A stretch of 63,397 nucleotides of DNA, filler included, from Nemertoderma westbladi (GCA_032718475.1; 4 parts of 4 records of this genome joined end to end with filler, not necessarily neighbours in it), one strand, 5' to 3'. Shown: positions 23,310 through 36,529, counted from the whole stretch's first letter. Numbers and translations: made by a program. Notes: generated by a model not told the origin, from the sequence alone.

Positions 23310-23880
23310 AGATTGTTCAGATAATTGTAGGCTGGGCTGCTGTCTGACTGTTGTTGAGTTTGGAGAGATTACGGCGTGTGTAGAGTTTGTCTGATAAAGT
23401 GCCGTTAGTAAGTTGGGGCAGCCATATGCTGAAGGTCAATCCCCTCTTAAAGAATAAGTCGTACTACCGTGTTAGAACGCATACTAACTAACAGTTTCAG
23501 AGTCTGCATATACTGTAGTTTATCTAGGCTTGATCGTAGTCTGCCAGTGTTTTAGCCTGTGTTTGTTTGTGTGGTCTGTTCAGGTACCGTAATAGTTATT
23601 ACTCAAATATTTTGTAGGCTGGATTGTTGTCTAGCTATTTTTAGGTCTGAAGGGATTGCTGCGTGTGTAGAGTTGGTCTGATCAAGTGCCGTTAGTAAGT
23701 TGGGGCAGCCATATGCTGTAAGGACAATCCCCTCTTAAAGAGTAAGTCGTACTACCGTGTTAGAACGCATACTAACTAACAGTTTCAGAATCTGCACATA
23801 CTGTAGTTTGTTTAGGCTTGATAGTAGTCTGCCAGCGTTTGGTTTGTATTTGTTTGAGTATTCTGTACGGGTAGCGTAAT
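23310..23880. repeat. Tandem duplication, ~288-bp unit with conserved core
   Basis: GTGCCGTTAGTAAGTTGGGGCAGCCATATGCTG...CATACTAACTAACAGTTTCAGA at ~23399 and ~23686. Confidence 0.9.
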
Positions 23881-24819
23881 ATTTATTATTCAGAGTTTAT
23901 GCGATTATTCGCAACATTCATGTCCCCAAGTTTATTCCTACAGTAATTGTGCTTGTTATACATACCGTTATAGTTAAACTAACCCCGGTACTACATCAGG
24001 GCTGCTTGGCGTAGGTAAAGACTGACGACTTTGTGCTTCGGTCACTCCAGCAGATGCCGTGGTTCTTTTAACTGTTCAAGTATATTTAACTACTGATTAT
24101 TTGTTATACCGGTACTTGTACCTAATTTAGGGTTTAGTGTACAGTGCTATCCGAAGTAATTAGTGTAGGCAGTATATTTGTGTTGTAAAGTGGTTGATAG
24201 GCACATTCGTTAGCTCTATTAGCTTCTGGGTAGGAACAATCCGTGATACATAACGTAGTACCTATAGCGATACGGTTATAGGTCGTCAGACGGTGGTATT
24301 TTCCTATCTGGACAGTGCAATATATTTACTACTACTTATTATTTTCAAATACCGTAGTACCCTGTCCATTGTAATAACCAGAAATCTAACCCTTTGTTAG
24401 ACTGGTTTGTAGACTTCCTGTAAAATTACCCTAAAAATTTGTACGTAATATTTTTTGTTGTGTTTTAATTAGAGAATTAATCTCACCCGTATCGTAAGTA
24501 ATTTGTAGTATTAAGTAACTTAGGTAAATTAGAATTATCAGTTTTAGTGTCAAATAAATAGCACTTCACTGAGAGCGCACAGCTTCTGTGTAGTGACCCC
24601 CCAGAAATAATAACATTTATTTCAAATATTGACAAAAACCCATTTAAACGGGTATATACATATTATAAATCAACTCGAACGATTTATAAATAGTAGGCCT
24701 GCCATACAACAACTAGGTCTCAATATCAGTTGGACTACTGCTTAAATAACGGCAATAAAGTAAGTTAAAGTAACTAAGTAACCCTAAGATATTCAGAAAT
24801 TCAATTATTCTAAAATAAT

Positions 24820-25080
24820 TGACATACCGGTATTTACCATAGGCTTATTATATTTATTTCTATAAATTTGTGCTGAAATCATACTGGTACTCTGTAATTA
24901 ATTATAGTCCAGAATTATACTTATATACTATAAGTGTAGGCTGTATACCGGTATTCACGATAGGCCTATTATATATTTATATATATTTGTGCTAAAATTA
25001 TATACCGGTACTCTGTGACAAATCTAGTCTGTAATAATACTTATATATATATTATAAGCATACCGGTATTCTAATATATT
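24820..25080. repeat. AT-rich tandem duplication, ~120-bp unit
   Basis: ATACCGGTATT...TAGGC.TATTATAT...TTTGTGCT.AAAT...GGTACTCTGT repeated. Confidence 0.7.
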
Positions 25081-25205
25081 ATATATATATCACGCTACAC
25101 TGAGTAGCAGTATCGGTAATTAATTACTAGGCTAACAGTGATACTGAATTGCTAGACTTGCTTTAACTGTAATATAGCAGTAGGCATTCAACTGTACAAT
25201 CAAAC

Positions 25206-26471
25206 ATGGCTGACACAAGGCAAACTCTGTCAGATAGTCTCCTAGAAACAACAGCCTGTTTCTCAGATCAAAGTGTAGAGAATCCCAGACCGAGGTCTGA
25301 AACCCCTCATACTGTAAGAAGGGCAACCCCTGCAGTGGTTGTGTCAGAACCTAGGTTGGTAGAAAAGATTTCGCAATTTGCGAAGTTAGTGAAGCGCCGT
25401 TGGTCTGCCATAGGCACTCGGGCCCAAGTCAAGCGGGATCAAGAAGAAGCTATAAAACAGCAGCAACCTCCTAGCCAAGAACCTAGTTCTCAGCGGCCCG
25501 ATAGCTCCAGTAGTTCGGATACTGTTGAGCGGACGCCAGAACGCGGAGCGAAGATGGGGGATACGGTTTATGATGGGCGGCCAGCCTGTGGGGAATCAAC
25601 CGACGCCACTTCTTCTCGAGTGGAAAGTGAGGTGGAAAGCGAAGTGGAAAGCGAGGTGGAAAGCGAAGTGGAAAGCGAATTAACATCAGCAGAGAAGCCG
25701 CGAACTAGAGACGCTATCGACATTTATTTGTCCGACTATCAGCGATTCCTAGGAGACGAAGAGTTGAGGAGACGGCTGTCTGGACTTTCCCCTAATAGTG
25801 AAGGAACCAAGCTTGTGTTGGACGCAATCGATGCCGAAATGTTAGCTGCAAACCAAGCTGAATGTGATGAAAAACTCCGCCTCGTTAGAGTCCGAGAAGA
25901 ACAAATAAAGAAAAGAAGGATAGAGGAACAAAAGGCGGCGGCTATGGCAGATGCAGAAGCAGAAAGAAAAGCAGCGGCGGCAGAAGTAGAAGCAGAAAGA
26001 ATAGCAGCAAGGGCAGCAGCGGCAGAAGCAGAAGCAAAAGGAAAGGCAGCGGCGGCAGAAGCAAAGGCGGAAAGGGCAGTGGCCGAAGCAGAACGGAGAG
26101 CCTCTGAGCAGACTACCCAACTGGAGTTGGAAAATCTGCAAGAGACACAAGACAGTATAAATAAACAGTTTACTGCTAATCAAATGCAGATGATGAGAAA
26201 ATCTACTCCCAAGCGCCAAGGATACACATCATCGGAGGAAGGCGAGACCACCGATCCTGAAGGCGGAGGAAATAGATCTCGTCTAAGCAGGCGTAGAAAA
26301 ACATCTCACCGTCATAAACTGCCTGATTTGCCCCCCGCTGTTAAAAGACAGCTAACTAGCACAGATTTAGGTAGTGCAGAACCCATAGAACAATTTATCC
26401 AGGTCAAAAGACTCCCTACTATAGTCGATGAACCTGAAATAATTAGGCCTGTAGTTCCCAAAGTCACTTCT
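25206..26471 (+). CDS. Orphan low-complexity/coiled-coil protein, truncated by assembly gap (possibly a Gag-like N-terminus)
   Basis: ATG-initiated, over 420 codons open to the gap, intronless; (ESEV)n repeat, A/E/K/R helical tract, basic RSRLSRRRK cluster. No diagnostic domain visible. Confidence 0.65.
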
Positions 26472-26571
26472 NNNNNNNNNNNNNNNNNNNNNNNNNNNNN
26501 NNNNNNNNNNNNNNNTTAATTAATTAANNNNNNNNNNNNNNNNNNNNNNNNNNNNNNNNNNNNNNNNNNNN
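26472..26571. other. Assembly gap with artificial TTAATTAATTAA spacer
   Basis: N-run/TTAATTAATTAA/N-run, 100 bp; identical format at 46860 and 59391. Confidence 0.95.
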
Positions 26572-27625
26572 TACAAACACGACACACAGTGGATATAAGT
26601 ACCGATTTATTATCGTATACACACACGACACACAGTGGATGGTCACGTCGCGTGTCTTGTGATTTAGACTAGACAGCAGTGCAGCCATTGCTGTAAACAG
26701 AAAGCAACTGTGTGTCGTGTGTATATACGATATTAATCGGCACTTTATCTCTTGCACTAAAGGTAGATTTCTAATCGTAAAGTGACTAAGTGGGTGTTCC
26801 TTTTGTTTCTATTGTGTTTCAATCTACGGAATAGCGACACAACAGTGCGGCCCTTGCCCTTTCGAACTGCGGTGAATTCATTAATACTCAATGGAGTATG
26901 GTAACCTCTCCAACCCCCTAACTGTACTTTATTAGCCGGGCCTTTCTGATTGGCGCGGCGTGCGAGCCGTTCAAAGGGGCTCTTCTCCAATTCGAACGAT
27001 GATTGGTTAAACTCCGTTTGAAGAATACCGCGCTTGGGTTCCAGGGAATATTTTGTCTTTGATCTTGATGATGTTTGCAATGGTGGGTTTCTTAGGATTT
27101 ATACGAGTAGCTATTGCCTATTGCACTCTCACAGAAATAGACAGACATCCTTAGCATTATTATGTACTCACTCACACTGTAGCACTTCCAGTCCAGTCCA
27201 TGCGTCGCTTCATTTAGCCTTAGCGACTTAGCTAAAGAGATGTTGGCTTTTATTTGATATTTTATTGATTTGGAGTTGTTGCACCTTGCCCGTTGCCCTG
27301 CGTAGAAATCGATTTAATGAATCTTTTAGACTGTCTTCTTGTACACTGTACTGTGCCTAGGGATTCAGTTAACCGTAACACACTCTTTTACCAGTTGGTA
27401 TGGCTACACCGAGTACGAGTATAAGATAGTTAGTTTATTCGTTTATTTATAGGCTGATTGGTTGATATTATTTCTCGTTGTATTGGATATCAAATACCCG
27501 TAATTCAGTAATTGAACAGTTCAGGATTATCCTCCACCAACTGACCAATCTATTTATTTATGTTTGCATAACACGTATTACAGTATTATTCCGTAACACA
27601 TATTGTTTATCTTTCGAACGACAGA

Positions 27626-28428
27626 ATGGGTGTAAAGGGATTACAGACCTACATAGAGAACCACTGCCCGGACGCACAAATAAAAGTGCGACTGGATCTC
27701 GAAGCTAAGAAGTTCCAGGAACGTAGTGGGCGGCGTGCGGTGTTGGTTGTAGACGGATTGAGTTGTCTGCATAAACTCTACCCGCCGGAGATAGCCTGGG
27801 TTTTCGGGGGACAATGGCGGGAATACATGTCCTACCTGAATAACTTTATAGCGGCATTCCACAAATGCGGCATCGATTTAGTGTTTATATTTGACGGCAC
27901 TGTGGACCGATGTCGTAGGCGGGAGTGGGCCCGCCGTCGCTTAGCAACCCGAAACGATATCGCGCAGATATTCAAAGATATAAAGTCCCACAACGCAGAA
28001 CCCTCAGGGAACCACACCACTATAGTCTCTGCGTTGGGGACCTTTACTAGACTAGCGTTGAAGTCCCTGGGGGCCAACGTGTTGCAGACGACGCGAGACG
28101 CAGACACCGAGATCGCCAACTACTCCCGATGCCATCGCTGCATGGGGATCCTCTCACAGGACAGCGACTACCTCGTCTACGACGTGACCTACTACTCGTC
28201 GGGTGCGCTCTCGATAGACCGTAAGAACCACGCCGTTACCACCTACAGATACGAACGCGACCGGTTGGCCCACCATCTCACGATGGAACCCCAGCGACTG
28301 CCGCTGTTCGCGTCTCTAGTTGGCAACGACTACGTCGACTTCTATTCGTTGGGTTCGTGGCACCGACAGTTGACGCAGCGCTACTCGGGTCCCGTTCCCT
28401 TCGTCGAGTTGATCCCGGCGGTCGCGAG
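27626..28428 (+). CDS. FAM120B: FAM120B-like (PIN/XPG-like domain) coding exon 1
   Basis: MGVKGLQTYI...VVDG...GGQWREY...FIFDG...EWARRRL...FTRLALKSLG...CMGILSQDSDYLVYD...LPLFASLVGND closely follows the FAM120B N-terminus as I recall it; donor AG|GTAGGT, phase 2. Confidence 0.92.
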
Positions 28429-28439
28429 GTAGGTCGGTG

Positions 28440-31400
28440 CACTGTTACAGCCCCCCAAAGTAGCCGTTACCAGTTACTGTTACCTGGTTACAGCCCCCCA
28501 AAGTAGCCGTTACCAGTTACTGTTACCTGGTTACAGCCAGCCCCCCAAAGTAGCCGTTACTGTTACAGCCCTCCAAAGTAGCCGTTACTGTTACAGCCCC
28601 ACAAAGTAGCCGTTACTGTTACAGCCCCCCAAAGTAGCCGTTACTGTTACTGTTACAGCCCACCAAAGTAGCCGTTAATGTTACTGTTACAGCCCCCCAA
28701 AGTAGCCGTTACTGTTACAGTTACAGCCCCCCAAAGTAGCCGTTACTGGTACAGCCCCCCAAAGAAGCCGTTACTGTTACTGTTACAGCCCCCCAAAGTA
28801 GCCGTTATTGTTACAGCCCCACAAAGTAGCCGTTACTGTTACTGTTACTGTTACAGCCCCCCAAAGTAGCCCTTACTGTTACTGTTACAGCCCCCCAAAG
28901 TAGCCGTTACTGTTACAGCCCCCCAAAGTATCCGTTACTGTTACTGTTACTGTTACAGCCCCCCAAAGTAGCCGTTATTGTTACAGCCCCACAAAGTAGC
29001 CGTTACTGTTACTGTTACAGCCCCCCAAAGTAGCCCTTACTGTTACTGTTACAGCCCCCCAAAGTAGCCGTTACTGTTACAGCCCCCCAAAGTAGCCGTT
29101 ACTGTTATAGCCCCCCAAAGTAGCCGTTACTTTTACAGCCCCCAAAAGTAGCCGTTACCAGTTTCTGTTACCTGGTTACAGCCCCCCAAAGTAGCCGTTA
29201 CTGTTACAGCCCTCCGAAGTAGCCGTTACTGGTACAGCCCCCAAAGTAGCCGTTACTGTTACAGCCCCCCAAAATAGCCGTTACTGTTACTGTTATAGCC
29301 CCCCAAAGTAGCCGTTACTGTTATAGCCCCCCAAAGTAGCCGTTACTGTTACAGCCCCCAAAAGTAGCCGTTACCAGTTTCTGTTACCTGGTTACAGCCC
29401 CCCAAAGTAGCCGTTACTGTTACAGCCCTCCGAAGTAGCCGTTACTGGTACAGCCCCCAAAGTAGCCGTTACTGTTACAGCCCCCCAAAGTAGCCGTTAC
29501 TGTTACTGTTATAGCCCCCCAAAGTAGCCGTTACTGTTATAGCCCCCCAAAGTAGCCGTTACTGTTTCAGCCCCCCAAAGTAGCCGTTACTGGTACAGCC
29601 CCCCAAAGTAGCCGTTACTGTTACAGCCCCACAAAGTAGCCGTTACCAGTTACTGTTACCTGGTTACAGTCCCCCAAAGTAGCCGTTACTATTACTGTTA
29701 CAGCCCCCCAAAGTAGCCGTTACTGTTACTGTTTCTGTTACAGCCCCCCAAAGTAGCCGTTACTGTTACTGTTACTGTTACAGCCCACCAAAGTAGCCGT
29801 TACTGTTACAGCCCCCCAAAGTAGCCGTTACTTTTACAGCCCCCCAAAGTTGCCGTTACTGTTACAGCCCCCCAAAGTAGCCGTTACTGGTACAGCCCCC
29901 CAAAGTAGCCGTTACTGGTACAGCCCCCCAAAGTACCCGTTACTGTTACCTGGTTAAAGCCCCCCAAAGTAGCCGTTACTGTTACAGCCCCCCAAAGTAG
30001 CCGTTACTTTTACAGCCCCCCAAAGTTGCCGTTACTGTTACTGTTACCTGGTTAAAGCCCCCCAAAGTAGCCGTTACTGGTACAGCCCCCCAAAGTAGCC
30101 GTTACTTTTACAGCCCCCCAAAGTTGCCGTTACCAGTTACTGTTACCTGGTTAAAGCCCCCCAAAGTAGCCGTTACTGTTACAGCCCACCAAAGTAGCCG
30201 TTACTGTTACAGCCCTCCAAAGTAGCCGTTACTGGTACAGCCCCACAAAGTAGCCGTTACTTTTACAGCCCCCCAAAGTAGCCGTTACTATTACTTTTAC
30301 AGCCCCCCAAAGTTGCCGTTACCAGTTACTGTTACCTGGTTAAAGCCCCCCAAAGTAGCCGTTACTGTTAGAGCCCCCCAAAGTAGCCGTTACTGTTACA
30401 GCCCCCCAAAGTAGCCGTTACTGTTACAGCCCCCCAAAGTAGCCGTTACTGTTACAGCCCCCCAAAGTAGCCGTTACTATTACTGTTACAGCCCCCCAAA
30501 GTAGCCGCTACTGTTACTGTTACTGTTACAGCCCACCAAAGTAGCCGTTACTGTTACTGTTACAGCCCCCCAAAGTAGCCGTTACTGTTACAGCCCTCCA
30601 AAGTAGCCGTTACTGTTACAGCCCCACAAAGTAGCCGTTACTATTACTGTTACAGCCCCCCAAAGTAGCCGCTACTGTTACTGTTACTGTTACAGCCCAC
30701 CAAAGTAGCCGTTACTGTTACTGTTACAGCCCCCCAAAGTAGCCGTTACTGTTACAGCCCTCCAAAGTAGCCGTTACTGTTACAGCCCCCCAAAGTAGCC
30801 GTTACTGTTACAGCCCTCCAAAGTAGCCGTTACTGTTACAGCCCCACAAAGTAGCCGTTACTTTTACAGCCCCCCAAAGTAGCCGTTACTATTACTGTTA
30901 CAGCCCCCCAAAGTAGCCGCTACTGTTACTGTTACTGTTACAGCCCACCAAAGTAGCCGTTACTGTTACTGTTACAGCCCCCCAAAGTAGCCGTTACTTT
31001 TACAGCCCCCCAAAGTAGCCGTTACTGGTACAGCCCCACAAAGTAGCCGTTACTTTTACAGCCCCCCAAAGTAGCCGTTACTGTTACTATTACAGCCCCC
31101 CAAAGTAGCCGTTACTGTTACTATTACAGCCCCCCAAAGTAGCCGTTACTGTTACTGTTACAGCCCCCCAAAAGTAGCCGTTACTGTTACAGCCCTCCAA
31201 AGTAGCCGTTACTGGTACAGCCCCCAAAGTAGCCGTTACTGTTACAGCCCCCCAAAGTAGCCGTTACTGTTACTGTTACAGCCCCCCAAAGTAGCCGTTA
31301 CTGTTACAGCCCCACAAAGTAGCCGTTACCAGTTACTGTTACCTGGTTACAGCCCCCCCAAAGTAGCCGTTTCTGTTACAGCCCTCCAAAGTAGCCGTTA

Positions 31401-34400
31401 CTGTTACAGCCCCACAAAGTAGCCGTTACCAGTTACTGTTACCTGGTTACAGCCCCCTAAAGTAGCCGTTACTGTTACAGCCCTCCAAAGTAGCCGTTAC
31501 TGTTACAGCCCTCCAAAGTAGCCGTTACCAGTTACTGTTACCTGGTTACAGCCCCCCAAAGTAGCCGTTACTGTTATTGCCCTCCAAAGCAAAGTAGCCG
31601 TTACCAGTTACTGTTACCTGGTTAAAGCCCCCCAAAGTAGCCGTTACTGTTACAGCCCTCCAAAGTAGCCGTTACTGGTACAGCCCCCCAAAGTAGCCGT
31701 TACTGTTACAGCCCCCCAAAGTAGCCGTTACTGTTACAGCCCCCCAAAGTAGCCGTTACTGTTTCTGTTACAACCCCCCAAAGTAGCCGTTACTGTTACA
31801 GCCCCCAAAGTAGCCGTTACTGTTACAGCCCCCCAAAGTAGCCGTTACTGTTACTGTTACAGCCCCCCAAAGTAGCCGTTACTGTTACAGCCCTCTAAAG
31901 TAGCCGTTACTGGTACAGCCCCCAAAGTAGCCGTTACTGTTACAGCCCCCCAAAGTAGCCGTTACTGTTACAGCCCCCCAAAGTAGCCGTTACTGTTACA
32001 GCCCCCCAAAGTAGCCGTTACTGTTACTGTTACAGCCCCCCAAAGCCGTTACTGTTACAGCCCTCCAAAGTAGCCGTTACTGGTACAGCCCCCAAAGTAG
32101 CCGTTACTGTTACAGCCCCCCAAAGTAGCCGTTACTGTTACTGTTACTGTTACTGTTACAGCCCCCCAAAGTAGCCGTTACTGTTACAGCCCCACAAAGT
32201 AGCCGTTACCAGTTACTGTTACCTGGTTAAAGCCCCACAAATTTGCCGTTACTTTTACAGCCCCCCAAAGTAGCCGTTACTGTTACTGTTACAGCCCCCC
32301 AAAGTAGCCGTTACTGTTACAGCCCCCCAAAGTAGCCGTTACTGTTACAGCCCCACAAAGTAGCCGTTACCAGTTACTGTTACCTGGTTACAGCCCCCAA
32401 AAGTAGCCGTTACCAGTTTCTGTTACCTGGTTACAGCCCCCCAAAGTAGCCGTTACTGTTACAGCCCTCCGAAGTAGCCGTTACTGGTACAGCCCCCAAA
32501 GTAGCCGTTACTGTTACAGCCCCCCAAAGTAGCCGTTACTGTTACTGTTATAGCCCCCCAAAGTAGCCGTTACTGTTATAGCCCCCCAAAGTAGCCGTTA
32601 CTGTTACAGCCCCCAAAAGTAGCCGTTACCAGTTTCTGTTACCTGGTTACAGCCCCCCAAAGTAGCCGTTACTGTTACAGCCCTCCAAAGTAGCCGTTAC
32701 TGGTACAGCCCCCCAAAGTAGGCGTTACTGTTACTGTTACAGCCCTCCAAAGTAGCCGTTACTGTTACAGCCCCACAAAGTAGCCGTTACCAGTTACTGT
32801 TACCTGGTTACAGCCCCCCAAAGTAGCCGTTACTGTTACAGCCCTCCAAAGTAGCCGTTACTGGTACAGCCCCCCAAAGTAGGCGTTACTGTTACTGTTA
32901 CAGCCCTCCAAAGTAGCCGTTACTGTTACAGCCCCACAAAGTAGCCGTTACCAGTTACTGTTACCTGGTTACAGCCCCCCAAAGTAGCCGTTACTGTTAC
33001 AGCCCTCCAAAGTAGCCGTTACTGTTACAGCCCCCCAAAGTAGCCGTTACTGTTACAGCCCCCCAAAGTAGCCGTTACTGTTACAGCCCCCAAAAGTAGC
33101 CGTTACTGTTACTGTTACAGCCCCCCAAAGTAGCCGTTACTGTTACAGCCCTCCAAAGTAGCCGTTACTGGTACAGCCCCCAAAGTAGCCGTTACTGTTA
33201 CAGCCCCCCAAAGTAGCCGTTACTGTTACTGTTACAGCCCCCCAAAGTAGCCGTTACTGTTACAGCCCCACAAAGTAGCCGTTACCAGTTACTGTTACCT
33301 GGTTAAAGCCCCACAAATTTGCCGTTACTTTTACAGCCCCCCAAAGTAGCCGTTACTGTTACTGTTACAGCCCCCCAAAGTAGCCGTTGCTGTTACAGCC
33401 CCCCAAAGTAGCCGTTACTGTTACAGCCCCACAAAGTAGCCGTTACCAGTTACTGTTACCTGGTTACAGCCCCCCAAAGTAGCCGTTACTGTTACAGCCC
33501 TCCAAAGTAGCCGTTACTGGTACAGCCCCCCAAAGTAGGCGTTACTGTTACTGTTACAGCCCTCCAAAGTAGCCGTTACTGTTACAGCCCCACAAAGTAG
33601 CCGTTACCAGTTACTGTTACCTGGTTACAGCCCCCCAAAGTAGCCGTTACTGTTACAGCCCTCCAAAGTAGCCGTTACTGGTACAGCCCCCCAAAGTAGG
33701 CGTTACTGTTACTGTTACAGCCCTCCAAAGTAGCCGTTACTGTTACAGCCCCACAAAGTAACCGTTACCAGTTACTGTTACCTGGTTGAAGCCCCCCAAA
33801 GTAGCCGTTACTGTTACAGCCCCCCAAAGTAGCCGTTACTGTTACAGCCCCCAAACTAGCCGTTACTGGTACAGCCCCCCAAAGTAGCCGTTACTGTTAC
33901 AGCCCTCCAAAGTAGCCGTTACTGTTACCTGGTTAAAGCCCCCCAAAGTAGCCGTTACTGTTACAGCCCCCCAAAGTAGCCGTTACTGTTACAGCCCTCC
34001 AAAGTAGCCGTTACTGTTACAGCCCCACAAAGTAGCGGTTACCAGTTACTGTTACCTGGTTACAGCCCCCCAAAGTAGCCGTTACTGTTACAGCCCCACA
34101 AAGTAGCCGTTACCAGTTACTGTTACCTGGTTAAAGCCCCCCAAAGTAGCCGTTACTGTTAGAGCCCCCCAAAGTAGCCGTTACTGTTACAGCCCCCCAA
34201 AGTAGCCGTTACTGTTACAGCCCCCCAAAGTAGCCGTTACTGGTACAGCCCCCCAAAGTAGCCGTTACTGTTACAGCCCCCCAAAGTAGCCCTTACTGTT
34301 ACTGTTACAGCCCCCCAAAGTAGCCGTTACTGGTACAGCCCCCCAAAGTAGCCGTTACTGTTACAGCCCACCAAAGTAGCCGTTACTGTTACAGCCCCCC

Positions 34401-36390
34401 AAAGTAGCCGTTACTGCTACAGCCCCCCAAAGTAGCCGTTACTGCTACAGCCCACCAAAGTAGCCGTTACTGTTACAGCCCCCCAAAGTAGCCGTTACTG
34501 TTACAGCCCCCCAAAGTAGCCGTTACTGCTACAGCCCCCCAAAGTAGCCGTTACTGTTACTGTTACAGCCCCCCAAAGTAGCCGTTACTGTTACAGCCTG
34601 CCAAAGTAGCCGTTACTGTTACAGCCCCCCAAAGTAGCCCTTACTGTTACTGTTACAGCCCCCCAAAGTAGCCGTTACTGGTACAGCCCCCCAAAGTAGC
34701 CGTTACTGTTACAGCCCACCAAAGTAGCCGTTACTGCTACAGCCCCCCAAAGTAGCCGTTACTGTTACAGCCCTCCAAAGTAGCCGTTACTGTTACAGCC
34801 CCCCAAAGTAGCCGTTACTGGTACAGCCCCCCAAAGTACCCGTTACTGTTACTGTTACAGCCCCCCAAAGTAGCCGTTACTGTTACTGTTACAGCCCCCC
34901 AAAGTAGCCGTTACTGGTACAGCCCCACAAAGTAGCCGTTACTGTTACTGTTACAGCCCCCCAAAGTAGCCGTTGCTGGTACAGCCCCACAAAGTAGCCG
35001 TTACTGTTACTGTTACAGCCTGCCAAAGTAGCCGTTACTGTTACAGCCCCCCAAAGTAGCCCTTACTGTTACTGTTACAGCCCCCCAAAGTAGCCGTTAC
35101 TGGTACAGCCCCCCAAAGTAGCCGTTACTGCTACAGCCCCCCAAAGTAGCCGTTACTGTTACAGCCCTCCAAAGTAGCCGTTACTGTTACAGCCCCCCAA
35201 AGTAGCCGTTACTGGTACAGCCCCCCAAAGTACCCGTTACTGTTACTGTTACAGCCCCCCAAAGTAGCCGTTACTGTTACTGTTACAGCACCCCAAAGTA
35301 GCCGTTACTGTTACAGCACCCCAAAGTAGCCGTTACTGTTACAGCCCCCCAAAGTAGCCGTTACTGGTACAGCCCCCCAAAATAGCCGTTACTGGTACAG
35401 CCCCCCAAAGTATCCGTTACTGTTACAGCCCTCCAAAGTAGCCGTTACTTTTACCTGGTTAAAGCCACCTGGGTAGCCGTTACTGTTTCTGTTACAGCCC
35501 CCCAAAGTAGCCGTTACTGTTACTGTTACAGCCCCCCAAAGTAGCCGTTACTGTTACAGCCCCCCAAAGTAGCCGTTACTGTTACAGCCCCACAAAGTAG
35601 CCGTTACTGGTACAGCCCCCCAAAGTAGCCGTTACTGGTACAGCCCCCAAAGTAGCCGTTACTGTTACTGGTACAGCCCCCCAAAGTAGCCGTTACTGTT
35701 ACTGTTACAGCCCCCCAAAGTACCCGTTACTGTTACTGTTACAGCCCCCCAAAGTAGCCGTTACTGTTACAGCCCCCCAAAGTAGCCGTTACTGTTACAG
35801 CCCCCCAAAGTACCCGTTACGGTTACAGCCCCCCAAAGTAGCCGTTACTGTTACAGCCCTCCAAAGTAGCCGTTACCAGTTACTGTTACCTGGTTAAAGC
35901 CCCCCAAAGTAGCCGTTACTGTTACAGCCCCCCAAAGTAGCCGTTACGGTTACAGCCCCCCAAAGTAGCCGTTACTGTTACAGCCCCCCAAAGTAGCCGT
36001 TACTGTTACAACCCCCCAAAGTAGCCGTTACTGTTACTGTTACAGCCCCCCAAAGTAGCCGTTACTGTTACTGTTACAGCCCCCCAAAGTAGCCGTTACT
36101 GGTACAGCCCCCCAAAGTAGCCGTTACTGTTACAGCCCCACAAAGTAGCCGTTACTGTTACTGTTACAGCCCCCCAAAGTAGCCGTTACTGTTACTGTTA
36201 CAGCCCCCCAAAGTAGCCGTTACTGGTACAGCCCCCCAAAGTAGCCGTTACTGTTACAGCCCCCCAAAGTAGCCGTTACTGGTACAGCCCCCCAAAGTAG
36301 CCGTTACTGTTACAGCCCCCCAAAGTAGCCGTTACTGGTACTGTTACAGCCCCCCAAAGTAGCCGTTACTGTTACTGTTACAGCCCCCTT
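28440..36390. repeat. ~8-kb intronic minisatellite
   Basis: 28-bp core GTTACAGCCCCCCAAAGTAGCCGTTACT with variable extra GTTACT hexamers and a GTTACCAGTTACTGTTACCTG variant. Confidence 0.98.
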
Positions 36391-36529
36391 TGAAAAAAAA
36401 CTTGAAAAGAAAAACTTGAAAAATATTACAGTACTAAAATATTGTTTTATAATACTACAGTGGTGTTTTCAAGTTTCCAAGCAATAGCACTTGTGGTTTT
36501 TAAAATGCAGCATTTTTAATCTGGTCATC

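Noticed and set aside
24255-24292. Minus-strand CTGACGA followed by a CCTATA/TATAGG stem (hammerhead-like start)
   Set aside because: No GAAA follows the stem, so the catalytic core is incomplete.
26472-26571. TTAATTAATTAA palindrome between N runs (three times)
   Set aside because: Artificial scaffold spacer with stops in all frames. ORFs running into it and adjacency across it are unreliable.
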